Shown piece by piece: positions 35,122 through 45,189 of a stretch of 64,000 bases of DNA. The stretch lies in the NCBI GenBank assembly GCA_964583685.1, contig CAZOVJ010000002.1:213862-277861 (forward strand), in the 5' to 3' direction. The notes beneath the pieces are model-generated. The model ran no database searches and was not told where the DNA came from. It saw only the letters and a program-made list of their open reading frames with translations. The stretch comes from an uncultured Gammaproteobacteria bacterium. Its GTDB lineage: Bacteria > Patescibacteriota > Microgenomatia > UBA8517. The translations under genes and the position numbers were made by a program. Every line of letters begins with the position of its first letter. The first letter of the stretch is position 1.

Positions 35122-36924
35122 ATGGCTGACCAAATAGAAGAAATTAAAGGCAAAATAGATATCGTTTCTTTGATTGGCGAATATATTGACCTGAAAAAAG
35201 CAGGCAGAAATTATAAAGCTCTCTGTCCTTTTCATTCTGAAAAAACACCTTCCTTTATGGTTTCTCCCGAGCTTCAGATTTTCAAATGTTTCGGTTGTGA
35301 TGCTTCAGGAGACGCGATTGCCTTTTTGCAAAAGTATGAAGGGATGGATTTTCCAGAAGCCTTAAAATTTTTAGCCGATAGAGTGGGTGTTGAACTCAAG
35401 TCTACCTGGCAGAGGGGCAAGTCAGACAAAGAGAAACTTTATCGAATAAATGATCTGGCCTCGAAATTTTATCACTATCTTCTTCTCCAGCATTCAACAG
35501 GTAAGGCAGCCCTAAATTATCTTCTTTCTACCAGGGGATTGAAGATGAAAAGCATTAAAACTTTTGGGCTGGGTTTTGCTCCGGACAGTCCGCGAGCCTT
35601 GATTAAGTTTTTGAAAGAGAAAAAAGGATTTGATTTAAGAGATTTGGAGCAAGCAGGCGTGCTTAGTAGGGGACGAAGAGGTCTTTTAGATAGATTCAGG
35701 GACCGGGTAATTTTCCCTATTTCTGATCATCGAGGCAATGCTATTGCCCTGGCCGGCCGAGTCTTGCCCGAAAGAGAGAAATCCACCAGATGGCCGATAT
35801 CGAAATACATAAATTCACCAGATACCCCTGTTTATCATAAGGGGAAAATGCTCTATGGTCTAAACATTACCCGGAGAGAGATTAAGAAAAAAGAAACTGT
35901 TGTTCTTGTTGAGGGAGAGTTTGATTTAATTTCCTCTTGGCAAGTGGGAGTTAAAAATGTTGTTGCCACCAAAGGCTCAGCTCTAAGTGAAGATCAATCA
36001 AGGTTGTTGTCTCGATTTGCGAGCGAAGCTATATTCGCTTTTGATTCCGATATTGCCGGCAATCTTGCTGCCAGGCGAGCCATTTCCGCTGCTGAAGCGA
36101 TGGGTTTTGACATTAAGGTGGCCAAACTTGGTAAATACAAGGACCCGGATGATGCTGCCAGAGCAGACCCCAGTGGTTACAAAAAATCTCTCAAGTCTAG
36201 CGTTGGTGTTTGGGATTTTCTTATTGATTCGGTCATGGCAAAACATGATTCAAGAACAGGTACAGGCAAGGCAAAGATTAGTCGTGAACTGGTTCCGATC
36301 CTTGCTTCAATTTCAGACAAGATTGTCCAGGCCCACTACTTGAAAGTCTTTGCAGAAAAAATGCAAGTTTCCCCAGCGGTGGTTGCTGACCAGCTAGATA
36401 GAATTTCAAGAAAACAAAAGCAAGAGGAACCAGCATTATATGTTGGTCCAAAAAAGGAAGAAAAGGGTAGGCGTGAGCTTCTTGAAGAAAGGCTGCTAGC
36501 CTTAATTTTCCAGCTGGAGCCCGAATTTCTCTCTAAAAGAGTTTACTCTCAACTGATTTCAACCAATTTGGCTAAAAGGATATTAGAGGAATTTCGAGTC
36601 TATTCAAAAAAATATTCGAAATTTACTCTTTCTTCCTTTTCTCAGAAATTACCCAAAGAATTAGTTGAAGGATTTACAGAAATGATGCTCTTAAACACAG
36701 AGGAGCTAAAAAAGGAAAACAAAGAAGAGTTGCTCAAGGAAATCTCTTTGCTTAAACATGAACTGATGATATTGAATATTAAAGAACAATTGGCCTTAGA
36801 AGGAAAATTGATATCAAAATATGAAGTAGGAGGAGAAAAGAAAAAATTGAAACAGGCAGAGAAGAGGATTTCTAAGCTATCAGAGAAGCTCGCCAATTTG
36901 AAGAAAGGGAAAGCAAAGGTATAA
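35122..36924 (+). CDS. dnaG: DNA primase
   Basis: CHC2 zinc finger CPFHSEKTPSF...CFGC, TOPRIM VVLVEGEFDLIS. Confidence 0.9.
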   Translation: MADQIEEIKGKIDIVSLIGEYIDLKKAGRNYKALCPFHSEKTPSFMVSPELQIFKCFGCDASGDAIAFLQKYEGMDFPEALKFLADRVGVELKSTWQRGKSDKEKLYRINDLASKFYHYLLLQHSTGKAALNYLLSTRGLKMKSIKTFGLGFAPDSPRALIKFLKEKKGFDLRDLEQAGVLSRGRRGLLDRFRDRVIFPISDHRGNAIALAGRVLPEREKSTRWPISKYINSPDTPVYHKGKMLYGLNITRREIKKKETVVLVEGEFDLISSWQVGVKNVVATKGSALSEDQSRLLSRFASEAIFAFDSDIAGNLAARRAISAAEAMGFDIKVAKLGKYKDPDDAARADPSGYKKSLKSSVGVWDFLIDSVMAKHDSRTGTGKAKISRELVPILASISDKIVQAHYLKVFAEKMQVSPAVVADQLDRISRKQKQEEPALYVGPKKEEKGRRELLEERLLALIFQLEPEFLSKRVYSQLISTNLAKRILEEFRVYSKKYSKFTLSSFSQKLPKELVEGFTEMMLLNTEELKKENKEELLKEISLLKHELMILNIKEQLALEGKLISKYEVGGEKKKLKQAEKRISKLSEKLANLKKGKAKV

Positions 36925-36948
36925 TGCAAATAGCAACGAGGAGTTATT

Positions 36949-38028
36949 ATGTTTAGGAAAGCTACCCGAGAACTGATTAAAAAAGGACAGGGACAGGGTT
37001 TTCTGACCCAGGAGGAAATATTGGAGATCTTTTTTGATGCCGAGAAAAGAATTGATGAACTTGACCTTTTATACGAAAAGCTTTTAGGTGAGGGAATAGA
37101 TGTTTTCGAATCGGTTACCCCGGAAGAGGTGGAGGAGAGCGAACAAGTACAAAAGACTTTTGAGAAGGAAATTGTCATACTTTCTCGGTTTGAGAAATCG
37201 GAATCTATTGACCCAGTGCGCCAATATTTGAAAGAAATAGGTCAATATCCTCTTTTGACTGCTGAAGAGGAAATAGAGCTTGCCAAGCGAGTTGAAAAAA
37301 GAGACAAACGGGCTAAGAGTAAATTAACAGAATCGAATTTAAGACTGGTTGTTTCAATTGCCAAAAAATACATTGGTAGGGGTCTTTCTTTTCTTGATCT
37401 TATTCAAGAGGGAAACCAGGGATTAATTCGAGCTGTAGAAAAATATGACTGGAGAAGAGGCTATAAATTTTCAACCTACGCTACCTGGTGGATACGCCAG
37501 GCGATTACTCGAGCAATAGCTGACCAGGCAAGGACAATAAGAATTCCGGTCCATATGGTAGAGACAATCAACAAGCTTTATAAGACCAGTCAGCGACTTA
37601 TGCAGGACTTAGGCCGCGAGCCCACACCAGAGGAAATAGGTAAAGTATTGGAGATAACCGGTGACCGGGTGCGGGAGATTTTCAGGTTTTCTCAAGAGAT
37701 AACCTCTCTTGAGGCCCCGGTGGGTGAGGATAGAGAAAGTCTTTTGGGAGATTTTATTCCAGATGACAGTCGGCCCACTCCGGTTGAGAGAGCATCAGAG
37801 CAGCTTTTAGAAGATAATCTCAAAGAGGTCTTGGAAACTCTTTCTGACCGTGAAGCAAGAGTTTTAAAACTGAGATTTGGTCTAGAAGGAGGCGATTCCA
37901 TGACCTTAGAGCAGGTGGGTAAGGTTTTTGGAGTTACTCGCGAACGCATTCGTCAGATTGAGGCCAAGGCTTTACGCAGATTAAAACACCCAAGTAGAAG
38001 GAAAAAACTCCAAGACTATCTAGATTGA
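36949..38028 (+). CDS. rpoD: RNA polymerase sigma-70 factor RpoD/SigA
   Basis: Region 2.4 [27 protein letters not shown], region 4 [31 protein letters not shown]; dnaG-rpoD operon. Confidence 0.9.
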   Translation: MFRKATRELIKKGQGQGFLTQEEILEIFFDAEKRIDELDLLYEKLLGEGIDVFESVTPEEVEESEQVQKTFEKEIVILSRFEKSESIDPVRQYLKEIGQYPLLTAEEEIELAKRVEKRDKRAKSKLTESNLRLVVSIAKKYIGRGLSFLDLIQEGNQGLIRAVEKYDWRRGYKFSTYATWWIRQAITRAIADQARTIRIPVHMVETINKLYKTSQRLMQDLGREPTPEEIGKVLEITGDRVREIFRFSQEITSLEAPVGEDRESLLGDFIPDDSRPTPVERASEQLLEDNLKEVLETLSDREARVLKLRFGLEGGDSMTLEQVGKVFGVTRERIRQIEAKALRRLKHPSRRKKLQDYLD

Positions 38029-38114
38029 CTAGGGTTTGAGGCAAGAGTTTGATATAATATGGAGGCTAGAGAACATTTTACATTTTGCACTTTGAATTTT
38101 GAATTGGTTATCAT

Positions 38115-38186
38115 TCCCCGGTAGCTCAATGGTAGAGCGCTCGCCTGTTAAGCGAAGGGTTGCTGGTTCGAGTCCAGCCCGGGGAG
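38115..38186 (+). tRNA. tRNA-Asn (anticodon GUU)
   Basis: TCCCCGGTAGCTCAATGGTAGAGCGCTCGCCTGTTAAGCGAAGGGTTGCTGGTTCGAGTCCAGCCCGGGGAG; anticodon loop CUGUUAA. Confidence 0.8.
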
Positions 38187-39785
38187 CATAAGTGTACGAT
38201 TCTGACATTTAACGAGGATATCAAAGGGTTTTTTGTAGGTAAAATCAATCTTTTTGTCCTTCAAGGTTAGGTTCTGAAATACAAAATTTAATAGCTCACT
38301 CTTTCGTTTATCACTTGCCTTGTTAAATAATTCTTTTGCTTTTTGAGACAGTTCTAAGTAGAGAATGGCTCTCTTAAACCATTTTTTGTCTAGGTTTTTG
38401 TATTTCTCGATTTCCTGTTCAAGTTCTTGCTTTTCCTGCTCATATTGGTCGTTTTTCTTGTCAAATTGGGCTTTTTTTATCTTTTGGTCTATATAGAGTT
38501 CTAGTAATCTATCTTGTTTAGGTTGTAGTTTTCCAAGGTGTCTGTTTAGGTTCTGTAATGATACATCCCTAATTTTTTGCTCCTCTTTAAGACCCTCTTT
38601 TAGCTCCTCTCGAAAAATTGGGCTAAGTTCTTCAGGCAAGCTGACCTTTTCTATTGCTTCTTCAAACACTCTCTGGAGATATTCGTGCTTAACCGAGCCC
38701 TGAGAACAACCGAAGCGATTTCTGGTGCAGTGATAGTAGATGTAGTGTAGATACAAAGGCTTTTTCATCTTTTTGATGGGTGTTTTACACTTAGGGCAAC
38801 ACCTTTTGTTCTTGTAGTGGAATTTGTTTTTACACTTGGGACAAATTAACTGAAACTTTTGCTCGGCAGTAATTCCTGCTCCACACTCACCGCATCGCAT
38901 TTCCTCAAGCTTGAAAGGGAAATCATAGATTCGTTGAAAACGGTGACCTTTGGCTTTTAGCCTTTCTTGGACTCTTTGCCAAAGCTCGTAATCAATAATT
39001 GGTTTGTGGCTGCCTTTATGTAATTTTCCTTTCCACCTAAACCAACAGTAATAGAAGGGATTTGTTAGTATATTATGCCAAGCTCCTTTACCGACCTTGC
39101 CCCCTGGCTTTCTTTTAGTAGCCCTACTCCTAAAACCATTTTTGTAAGCCCATTCCACAATCCCGTCAATAGAAAGTCTACCCACGTCATAGAGCTCAAA
39201 TGCCTTTTGGATTATCGGGGCCTTCGAGAAATCAACCTCTCTTTTATCTGATTCTTTGCCTGTTAGGGCAAAATACTCTTTCCTGGTTAAGTAACCAAGT
39301 GGGGGGACACTTGGAAAAAAACCTTGCTTAACCCTTTCCGCTTGCCCTTTTTTAGTTTCCTCACTGAGGTTGTCTATTTGCCATTTGGCCATAAGAGCTT
39401 GTAGGCCAAACATAGCGTGGCCTTGAGAATTGTTTTCAAACCTACCGGTGACACAGACTAAATCCAATTCTTTAACTCTCCATACATCGCATATTTGTCC
39501 TAAATCGTGCCAGTTTCTTGTTAGCCTGTCTGGCTTATGAGACAAAAGGCCGTACTGGCCAGTTGGGACTTGTCCTAGTATGCCCATCACTTCATTAAAC
39601 AATGGCCTACCTGAGTCTTTAGCTGATTTCTTTTCAGAAAACCACTTGATAATTTTCAATCCTTCTTTTTTAGCAAAATCTTCAATTTGATGTTTTTGGG
39701 CAGCAAGACTTAATTCTTGCTTGTCCTCGGTATCGGTTGACTTTCTGATATAAGCAAGATATTTTTTGTTGTTCATATTTGTCAT
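38148..39785 (-). CDS. Large serine recombinase (integrase)
   Basis: N-term YIRKSTDTEDKQELSLAAQ (resolvase catalytic Ser), recombinase domain, Cys-rich zinc-ribbon region CGECG...CPKC...CPKC; last 13 codons and stop lie inside tRNA-Asn. Confidence 0.8.
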   Translation of the reverse strand: MTNMNNKKYLAYIRKSTDTEDKQELSLAAQKHQIEDFAKKEGLKIIKWFSEKKSAKDSGRPLFNEVMGILGQVPTGQYGLLSHKPDRLTRNWHDLGQICDVWRVKELDLVCVTGRFENNSQGHAMFGLQALMAKWQIDNLSEETKKGQAERVKQGFFPSVPPLGYLTRKEYFALTGKESDKREVDFSKAPIIQKAFELYDVGRLSIDGIVEWAYKNGFRSRATKRKPGGKVGKGAWHNILTNPFYYCWFRWKGKLHKGSHKPIIDYELWQRVQERLKAKGHRFQRIYDFPFKLEEMRCGECGAGITAEQKFQLICPKCKNKFHYKNKRCCPKCKTPIKKMKKPLYLHYIYYHCTRNRFGCSQGSVKHEYLQRVFEEAIEKVSLPEELSPIFREELKEGLKEEQKIRDVSLQNLNRHLGKLQPKQDRLLELYIDQKIKKAQFDKKNDQYEQEKQELEQEIEKYKNLDKKWFKRAILYLELSQKAKELFNKASDKRKSELLNFVFQNLTLKDKKIDFTYKKPFDILVKCQNRTLMLPGLDSNQQPFA

Positions 39786-39917
39786 TATTTTTCTTTACTG
39801 AGTTGGTGTAAGTTGGTGTATATTTTGTGCCTGTTTCTGACTAATTCTTTCGCCTGCTTAGGCACAAAAATCTTATGTAACAGTTTTTTGGCCTCTCCCA
39901 CCATCCCTGACATCCGC

Positions 39918-40568
39918 CTAACATTTCTTACTTAACCTTCTCTTATTCAGCTTTCTTAGTTTCCAAACTTTCTTTTTATATTTGTCGTTTTTTATAGAAA
40001 TAGGTTTGTTCAGAAGTATCCCCTCATAATAGAATTTCTCATCCGCATTTTTCTGATAATCGCCTGAAAGCTGTTTTAGTAACCCTCGCCCTCTTTCCGT
40101 ATGCTCGTCAAGAGCTTCTGATTGAATTTTTAGTTTCCAGCCCGCCTTTCTTTTCAAATCAATATAATCGCAGGCGTAGTCAATTTCTCTGGATTTTTTA
40201 GCCCTACAAAGATAGAGGACAGCCATAGCAGGATGAAATGTTTCTATGTAATACTTTTTATTCACCCTTTCATTTAATTGGGCTAAGGCGTTAATTAGGA
40301 TTGGAGCTTGCGAGTCGGCAAGGCCAGCATCTTCAACAACAATGACGCTTAGCCTTCTCCAAAGGTAAGCAATATAGCGACCTTTAATTAGCTCCATCAT
40401 CCAAAACAAAGCCTTTTCCTCTTGGCCTCTACGAATAGCTTTTTGGAGTGAACTGACTACCTCATCCAATTTATACCCACCCGGAGTTTTGAGTTCAAAA
40501 GCAGGCTTTCTATCCTTCTTTTTTCCGTTTTTCTTTGTTTGGCTTTCTGCCTTAGTTTGGTTTTTCAT
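39918..40568 (-). CDS. Stand-alone MgsA/RarA C-terminal-domain-like protein
   Basis: LDEVVSSLQKAIRRGQEEKALFWMMEL...WRRLSVIVVEDAGLADSQAPIL... matches the MgsA_C pattern; no AAA+ domain. Confidence 0.4.
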   Translation of the reverse strand: MKNQTKAESQTKKNGKKKDRKPAFELKTPGGYKLDEVVSSLQKAIRRGQEEKALFWMMELIKGRYIAYLWRRLSVIVVEDAGLADSQAPILINALAQLNERVNKKYYIETFHPAMAVLYLCRAKKSREIDYACDYIDLKRKAGWKLKIQSEALDEHTERGRGLLKQLSGDYQKNADEKFYYEGILLNKPISIKNDKYKKKVWKLRKLNKRRLSKKC

Positions 40569-40780
40569 TTTAATCTCCTTTTTGGCCTTCTGAGATGCTC
40601 CTGAACGCTCTTTAGCAGCTTCAAGGTAGATGTTTATTGTTTTATCTCAAATGGCTCTTTTATCAGCTTATAATTTTTCTATCAGACTTTATTAGATTTT
40701 GGGACTGACAGTCTCAGCTAGGTTTATGAATGTGCAAAATAGCCTGATTTATGATATATTTTGAGCGTAACAGCCTGGCC

Positions 40781-41185
40781 TCATACGTCAAGTAAGGGTT
40801 CATTTGCCCCCGAAAGTTCCTTCTTAACTTTTTTAATCACTGTGTGCAGTTTTTCAATTATTTTGCTTGTTGGTAAATTCCCTATTTCATCCCAAATCCG
40901 GATGACTAATTCTTGGCTTTCGTTATTAAGTAATCTCAAGAGGTTGTCTGTATTTTTCATAAGTTGAATCTTCCGCCTCCATTTTCTGGCTTCTGATTTG
41001 GGAATATACATTTTCTTCAACTTTCTCTCTAATCTTTCGTCATAATCTCGGTAATACAGATAATAGGCTTTATGCCCTTTACCTCTGGTACAACGGCAAT
41101 TTGATTTTCCGCATTTAACTTTTTCAAGCCTGATTATTCCTAGCTCTTTCGGTTTATACTCTCTAAATGCTAAATCGTAGGCCAT
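40781..41185 (-). CDS. Small Cys-containing basic protein (CGKSNCRC), unknown
   Basis: 134-aa ORF in island. Confidence 0.35.
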   Translation of the reverse strand: MAYDLAFREYKPKELGIIRLEKVKCGKSNCRCTRGKGHKAYYLYYRDYDERLERKLKKMYIPKSEARKWRRKIQLMKNTDNLLRLLNNESQELVIRIWDEIGNLPTSKIIEKLHTVIKKVKKELSGANEPLLDV

Positions 41186-41189
41186 ACTA

Positions 41190-41444
41190 CTAACTTTCAG
41201 AAAATACCCTCGCTTTTAAGTTTTTGATGCTATTGACAAAAGATTTGACCTCAACCTTTGCTTCTCCCAACCAGTAGCAATTAACCTTTTCCTCGCATCG
41301 CCCTTTGTTGTTAAACACAAACCAGAAAAAGTCTTTTTCGGGCTCAAGTCTCACCAGTTTTTCCGACAGAGACAAGAAACTGGCAAGATATAAATCTTTA
41401 GTTCTGTATTCGTTCTGTTTTGGCATTTTTGGTTTCCTTTTCAA
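41190..41444 (-). CDS. Hypothetical small protein
   Basis: 84-aa ORF, tight spacing with neighbours. Confidence 0.3.
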   Translation of the reverse strand: MKRKPKMPKQNEYRTKDLYLASFLSLSEKLVRLEPEKDFFWFVFNNKGRCEEKVNCYWLGEAKVEVKSFVNSIKNLKARVFSES

Positions 41445-41668
41445 TCTTGTATAAAGTCACTAAAAAACCTCTGATATTCGCCGAAATCCCCCTGACTTCG
41501 TTGTCAGTAAGATTTCTCTGATACAGAGGTTCAAAGTATTGCTTGATTCGCTGCTGGTTTTTGGTAAGTTTGATGTCCATTTTCTCTGGGTTTTAATCTT
41601 TAATCCCAGATTAAGGCATTAAACTTCTTAATGTAATGGAGGTTTAATAGAAAGCTAAGTTTCCGCTT

Positions 41669-42349
41669 TTAAGAGGCTTGGAGTCTTTTTTCGTACTGCT
41701 TTACTGCCTTCCTGACCGTTTCTTTATACTTTTCAGGGTCAATGCCGCCTCTTTCTTTGTCTTCTGTGGCGATTTGCAGGTGAGTTTTCTCTTGTTTCTT
41801 TTTCCAATACCATTTCCTGTCCCTTTTTATATTGCTGATTGTATCGGGCGGTGCGTCTCCGTATGAGAGATAAACCCTATCAAAAGGTCTGATTTTCCTG
41901 ATAGTCTTAACCTGGGTTTTGAACTCCCTAAAAGCAGCTTCTAACTCTTTCTTGGTGGTGTCTGCTGTTATATAAATAGCAAATCTTGTAGGTGTACCCA
42001 CATCCATATCATTATCAACAGGACGCCAGTAGGCGGTTTCGTAGATTTTGTCATCAATATATCCGCTAATGATAGCCATATAGATAGCCCTGTCAAAGTT
42101 GGCTGTGAGCCTAAAGTGATTTCTTATTGGAGCAACATCTTTCCAGAAGCTATCGTATTGACCTTTTTTAACCATCCTGCTTGCCCATTCAAACTCCTGC
42201 TTTGGCTTAATAAGTCTAGTAATCTGCCACTTTTGCCTTAATCTGGTTACCTCTTTCAGAAAATCTTTTCTATCCACCAAGAAAGCAATATCGCAGTATT
42301 TCTTTTTATTCTTAATCTTTATCCTTACAGGTTCATATTTCATCTTCAT
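41669..42349 (-). CDS. Hypothetical protein (226 aa)
   Basis: ORF with upstream AG-rich RBS; no motifs recognised. Confidence 0.4.
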   Translation of the reverse strand: MKMKYEPVRIKIKNKKKYCDIAFLVDRKDFLKEVTRLRQKWQITRLIKPKQEFEWASRMVKKGQYDSFWKDVAPIRNHFRLTANFDRAIYMAIISGYIDDKIYETAYWRPVDNDMDVGTPTRFAIYITADTTKKELEAAFREFKTQVKTIRKIRPFDRVYLSYGDAPPDTISNIKRDRKWYWKKKQEKTHLQIATEDKERGGIDPEKYKETVRKAVKQYEKRLQAS

Positions 42350-42471
42350 CTAACTGGTATTTTATTGGATTAGAAGGATTTATTCAAAAATGGAGGTGTT
42401 CAAGGGAAAGTATCCGACAAAACAAAGCTAAGGAGCAGTCTTACTTTTTGAGCCAAAAATAGACAAGTTGC

Positions 42472-42903
42472 CTATTTGTAGTCTTCCACAATCATCTCGT
42501 AATTACCCAAAGAGTTAGAGTCGATATAGTATTCTCCCGAGCCATAAAAAATCGATTCATCCTTTACTGAGCCAGTTGTGTTCATAATCAGGTCTGACAT
42601 AATCTCACTATCTGGTTTTTGCAAAAAAGCTTGGCATAAATCGCCAGTACAGTTGTATTTGATTTTGAATCTATCCCCAGTAATTGTGAATGGTTCAGAT
42701 TTTTTAGCCCCATTGCCCTTGAAGGTAAAAACTGGTTGGTATTCTTTGGTGGCTTCTTTACTTTTTTGTGAGACTTCGGTTTCAGTCGTTGGACTGGTAT
42801 TTGATTGTTTTTCTCCACCACTGCCTGCCAATAAGCCAATGACTATAAAAACAGCCAATATGATACCTGCTATTTTTAGAACTTTTTTCACTTTTCTTCT
42901 CAC
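42472..42903 (-). CDS. Membrane-anchored secreted small protein
   Basis: N-terminal TM IAGIILAVFIVIGLLAG then Thr/Ser-rich linker. Confidence 0.4.
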   Translation of the reverse strand: MRRKVKKVLKIAGIILAVFIVIGLLAGSGGEKQSNTSPTTETEVSQKSKEATKEYQPVFTFKGNGAKKSEPFTITGDRFKIKYNCTGDLCQAFLQKPDSEIMSDLIMNTTGSVKDESIFYGSGEYYIDSNSLGNYEMIVEDYK

Positions 42904-42988
42904 CTCCTTTCGTTTTGGTTTGTTTGGTGAAAATATAACAGATTTACCGTCAAAAGTCTATGTTTACTGCGTTGTCGTTTTCTGAGGA

Positions 42989-43225
42989 TTGGTAAACAAT
43001 AGATTCACAATGCTATCCAAAAAAGCCTTCGCGGAGAAAGTTGGAAAAAATATAAAACGATTGAGAGAAAAAAGGGGGCTATCACAGGAGGAATTAGCTC
43101 ACAAAGCTGGACTTTACCGAACTTACATGGGTCACTTAGAAAACGCCAGATATTCCCCCAGTGCTTATATTTTGTATAAACTAGCTAAGATTTTGAAAAT
43201 AAAGATTTCGGAGTTTTTTTCTTAA
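42989..43225 (+). CDS. XRE-family HTH transcriptional regulator
   Basis: NIKRLREKRGLSQEELAHKAGLYRTYMGHLENARYSPSAYILYKLAKIL: classic HTH_XRE. Confidence 0.6.
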   Translation: MVNNRFTMLSKKAFAEKVGKNIKRLREKRGLSQEELAHKAGLYRTYMGHLENARYSPSAYILYKLAKILKIKISEFFS

Positions 43226-43236
43226 CGAAGTCAATT

Positions 43237-43701
43237 TTAGGATGCTTGAGTTGTTTTTTGAATCATTTCTAAATTCTTTAGTAATTGTTTGAGGATGGAT
43301 TTTTCAAAGAACTCAAAAGCTGGTTTATCTTTTGTCGTAAGCAAGTATCTTGCGGCTTTACTAGAAACTCTTAGGTGATGATATTTTGCCCTTATAGATG
43401 GAAATCTTTTAGCAATCAGGGTTTCCCTAAAGGCGTGCATGCTTTTATCTATGTCTAATGAGGCCATAGTTGACCGGTGGCGATTATAACAGTCATCAGT
43501 ATGCAATATTTCTGGGATACGGGTGAATGCAGCTTCAACGAAATGAAGAGCAGCATAAAAAGCACAAGTAATAGACCAATCTATAAAATCTGTCTTGGAA
43601 AGTTGTTTTGAGAGTTTCTTATTGTGCTCCGCTTGAGCATTATGCGTAGATAAACTTGACATTTTGGTAATCAAATGATTTTGCTGGGTGCAGATAGTCA
43701 T
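43237..43701 (-). CDS. Hypothetical protein (possible HEPN-like helical domain)
   Basis: 154 aa; ...WSITCAFYAALHFVEA...RAKYHH...; assignment weak. Confidence 0.35.
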   Translation of the reverse strand: MTICTQQNHLITKMSSLSTHNAQAEHNKKLSKQLSKTDFIDWSITCAFYAALHFVEAAFTRIPEILHTDDCYNRHRSTMASLDIDKSMHAFRETLIAKRFPSIRAKYHHLRVSSKAARYLLTTKDKPAFEFFEKSILKQLLKNLEMIQKTTQAS

Positions 43702-44323
43702 TAAATTCAGTTGACTCCTCTCTTTTTTTAACTGATAAATTTTCTTGTATTGCTCTGGTGAATATCAGTCTGTCTTCCTGGGGATTTATTAGGTTATTAC
43801 TTTCAGGATAATATGGAATATATTCAAAACTGATTAGTTTTTCTGAGAATGAGTCTTTAACAGGAAATTCTGCTTCATTAAAAATTTTGTCCATCAAATT
43901 GTAGTTATAGTGCTCAACATCTAATATGACCTTGACGGTTGTTAATTCTTCATTATGACTAATATAAATTTCTCTTATTTGTTCAAAATTTTTCAACCTG
44001 CGTGCTATTTTTAATTCTAATTGCTCTTCCGGTGTTGTTGGGTAATCTGACATAAGAGTAAAATCTTGTAAAGGCTGGTTAAAAGCTAAATAGCTTTGTG
44101 GTGGTGAGGCTGTGAAGTAAATAACTTGATTCATTTGTTGTTCACTTTGTGTCCCTAAGGAGATAAGGGCGGATTCTTCACAGGAGGCATTTATTGACTT
44201 TACTTCTATCGATGCCCCAGGAGATGCGTTTTCTTCATCAATAAACTTCCTTTGTAGTGAGGCAAGTAAGTAAGTATCATTTAATTTAGAGGTAGCTTCA
44301 AAACTGCTATTTATTGTGTTCAT
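43640..44323 (-). CDS. Hypothetical protein (227 aa)
   Basis: Overlaps downstream gene by 62 nt; AT-rich. Confidence 0.4.
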   Translation of the reverse strand: MNTINSSFEATSKLNDTYLLASLQRKFIDEENASPGASIEVKSINASCEESALISLGTQSEQQMNQVIYFTASPPQSYLAFNQPLQDFTLMSDYPTTPEEQLELKIARRLKNFEQIREIYISHNEELTTVKVILDVEHYNYNLMDKIFNEAEFPVKDSFSEKLISFEYIPYYPESNNLINPQEDRLIFTRAIQENLSVKKREESTEFNDYLHPAKSFDYQNVKFIYA

Positions 44324-44328
44324 TTTAA

Positions 44329-45030
44329 CTATAGTCCGAGACTGGCGAGAGTACTTTTTACCGATAATTCAAAGGCGTTACTAAAAAATGCCATCGCTTT
44401 TGGAAAATCAATTTTGTATTTAATTGTTTTTAATGTATTGATGTCTGATATTACTAAAAACAATCCTTTTTCTTTATTTCCTTCTTTTGAAATTAGCCTT
44501 ATCCAGTTATTTGTTTTGAAATCTCCAATTTTTTCAATAAATAATCTATGTATCTGTAGTTCGGTTGAGGCGTCTTTCGGATTACTAAGATAATTTTTCT
44601 TTAGGAGTTCTATTCCGTTGATAGATTGGCTGACTTTGTATTTTGTAACTAATCCTAGTCTATTGCTGGTCATTGAAAATCTAGTAAAGGTAATTTTGGC
44701 TAGTCTTTGGACAACCTTAAAGAAATCTTCTTTTGTTTTCTCAAGCGGCTTTTTCTCATCTGTTTCTTTATAGCTTAAATCAAGCCTATTGGCAGCGATA
44801 TTACAAGTTAGGTTTTTGTCTTTGCTAATTAAAATTATTCTTGGTATTTCTAAAGGTGCATCATCTGGTATTGGAAGGGTAGTTGGTGTTCCATTGAGTT
44901 TTGGAGATAGTCCTTTTTGTATTAAACTAGCTACACTTAACCTGTTTGATAAATCTATATTCCCGAGGAAAAAAGCAGCCTGAATGGATTGTGTAGAGAA
45001 TGGTATTTTCATAAAATCTAAATTAGACAA
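44329..45030 (-). CDS. Hypothetical protein (233 aa)
   Basis: First gene of three-gene minus-strand operon. Confidence 0.4.
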   Translation of the reverse strand: MSNLDFMKIPFSTQSIQAAFFLGNIDLSNRLSVASLIQKGLSPKLNGTPTTLPIPDDAPLEIPRIILISKDKNLTCNIAANRLDLSYKETDEKKPLEKTKEDFFKVVQRLAKITFTRFSMTSNRLGLVTKYKVSQSINGIELLKKNYLSNPKDASTELQIHRLFIEKIGDFKTNNWIRLISKEGNKEKGLFLVISDINTLKTIKYKIDFPKAMAFFSNAFELSVKSTLASLGL

Positions 45031-45189
45031 ATATATTATAACAGAAGGTAAAATTAATTTCTTTTTACACCATTAAACTAGTCCGAACTTCGTCTACGAT
45101 GGGGAGCCGAACTTTTTTGGCCTCAGATTTTACTACCCTCAGCAGGACGTTAAAACCCATGCTAGACTTGTTCAGACCTTTATAATGTT

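Larger units (their letters stand above)
38148..45060. mobile_element. Putative integrated island at tRNA-Asn (minimal extent; right end undefined, may continue to about 54.3 kb)
   Basis: Serine integrase abutting/overlapping tRNA-Asn 3' end, followed by small unknown genes, XRE regulator, AT-rich (about 30% GC) segment. Confidence 0.35.

Noticed and set aside
34957-35235. 92-aa minus-strand ORF
   Set aside because: Overlaps two tRNA genes and the dnaG start; translation is the antisense of tRNA sequence.
36642-37178. 178-aa Ser-rich minus-strand ORF
   Set aside because: Antisense across the dnaG/rpoD junction; low-complexity translation.
39801-39823. Tandem 10-mer AGTTGGTGTA x2 upstream of the integrase gene
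   Set aside because: Only two copies; could be a recombinase or regulator binding site but there is no further evidence, so not reported as a feature.
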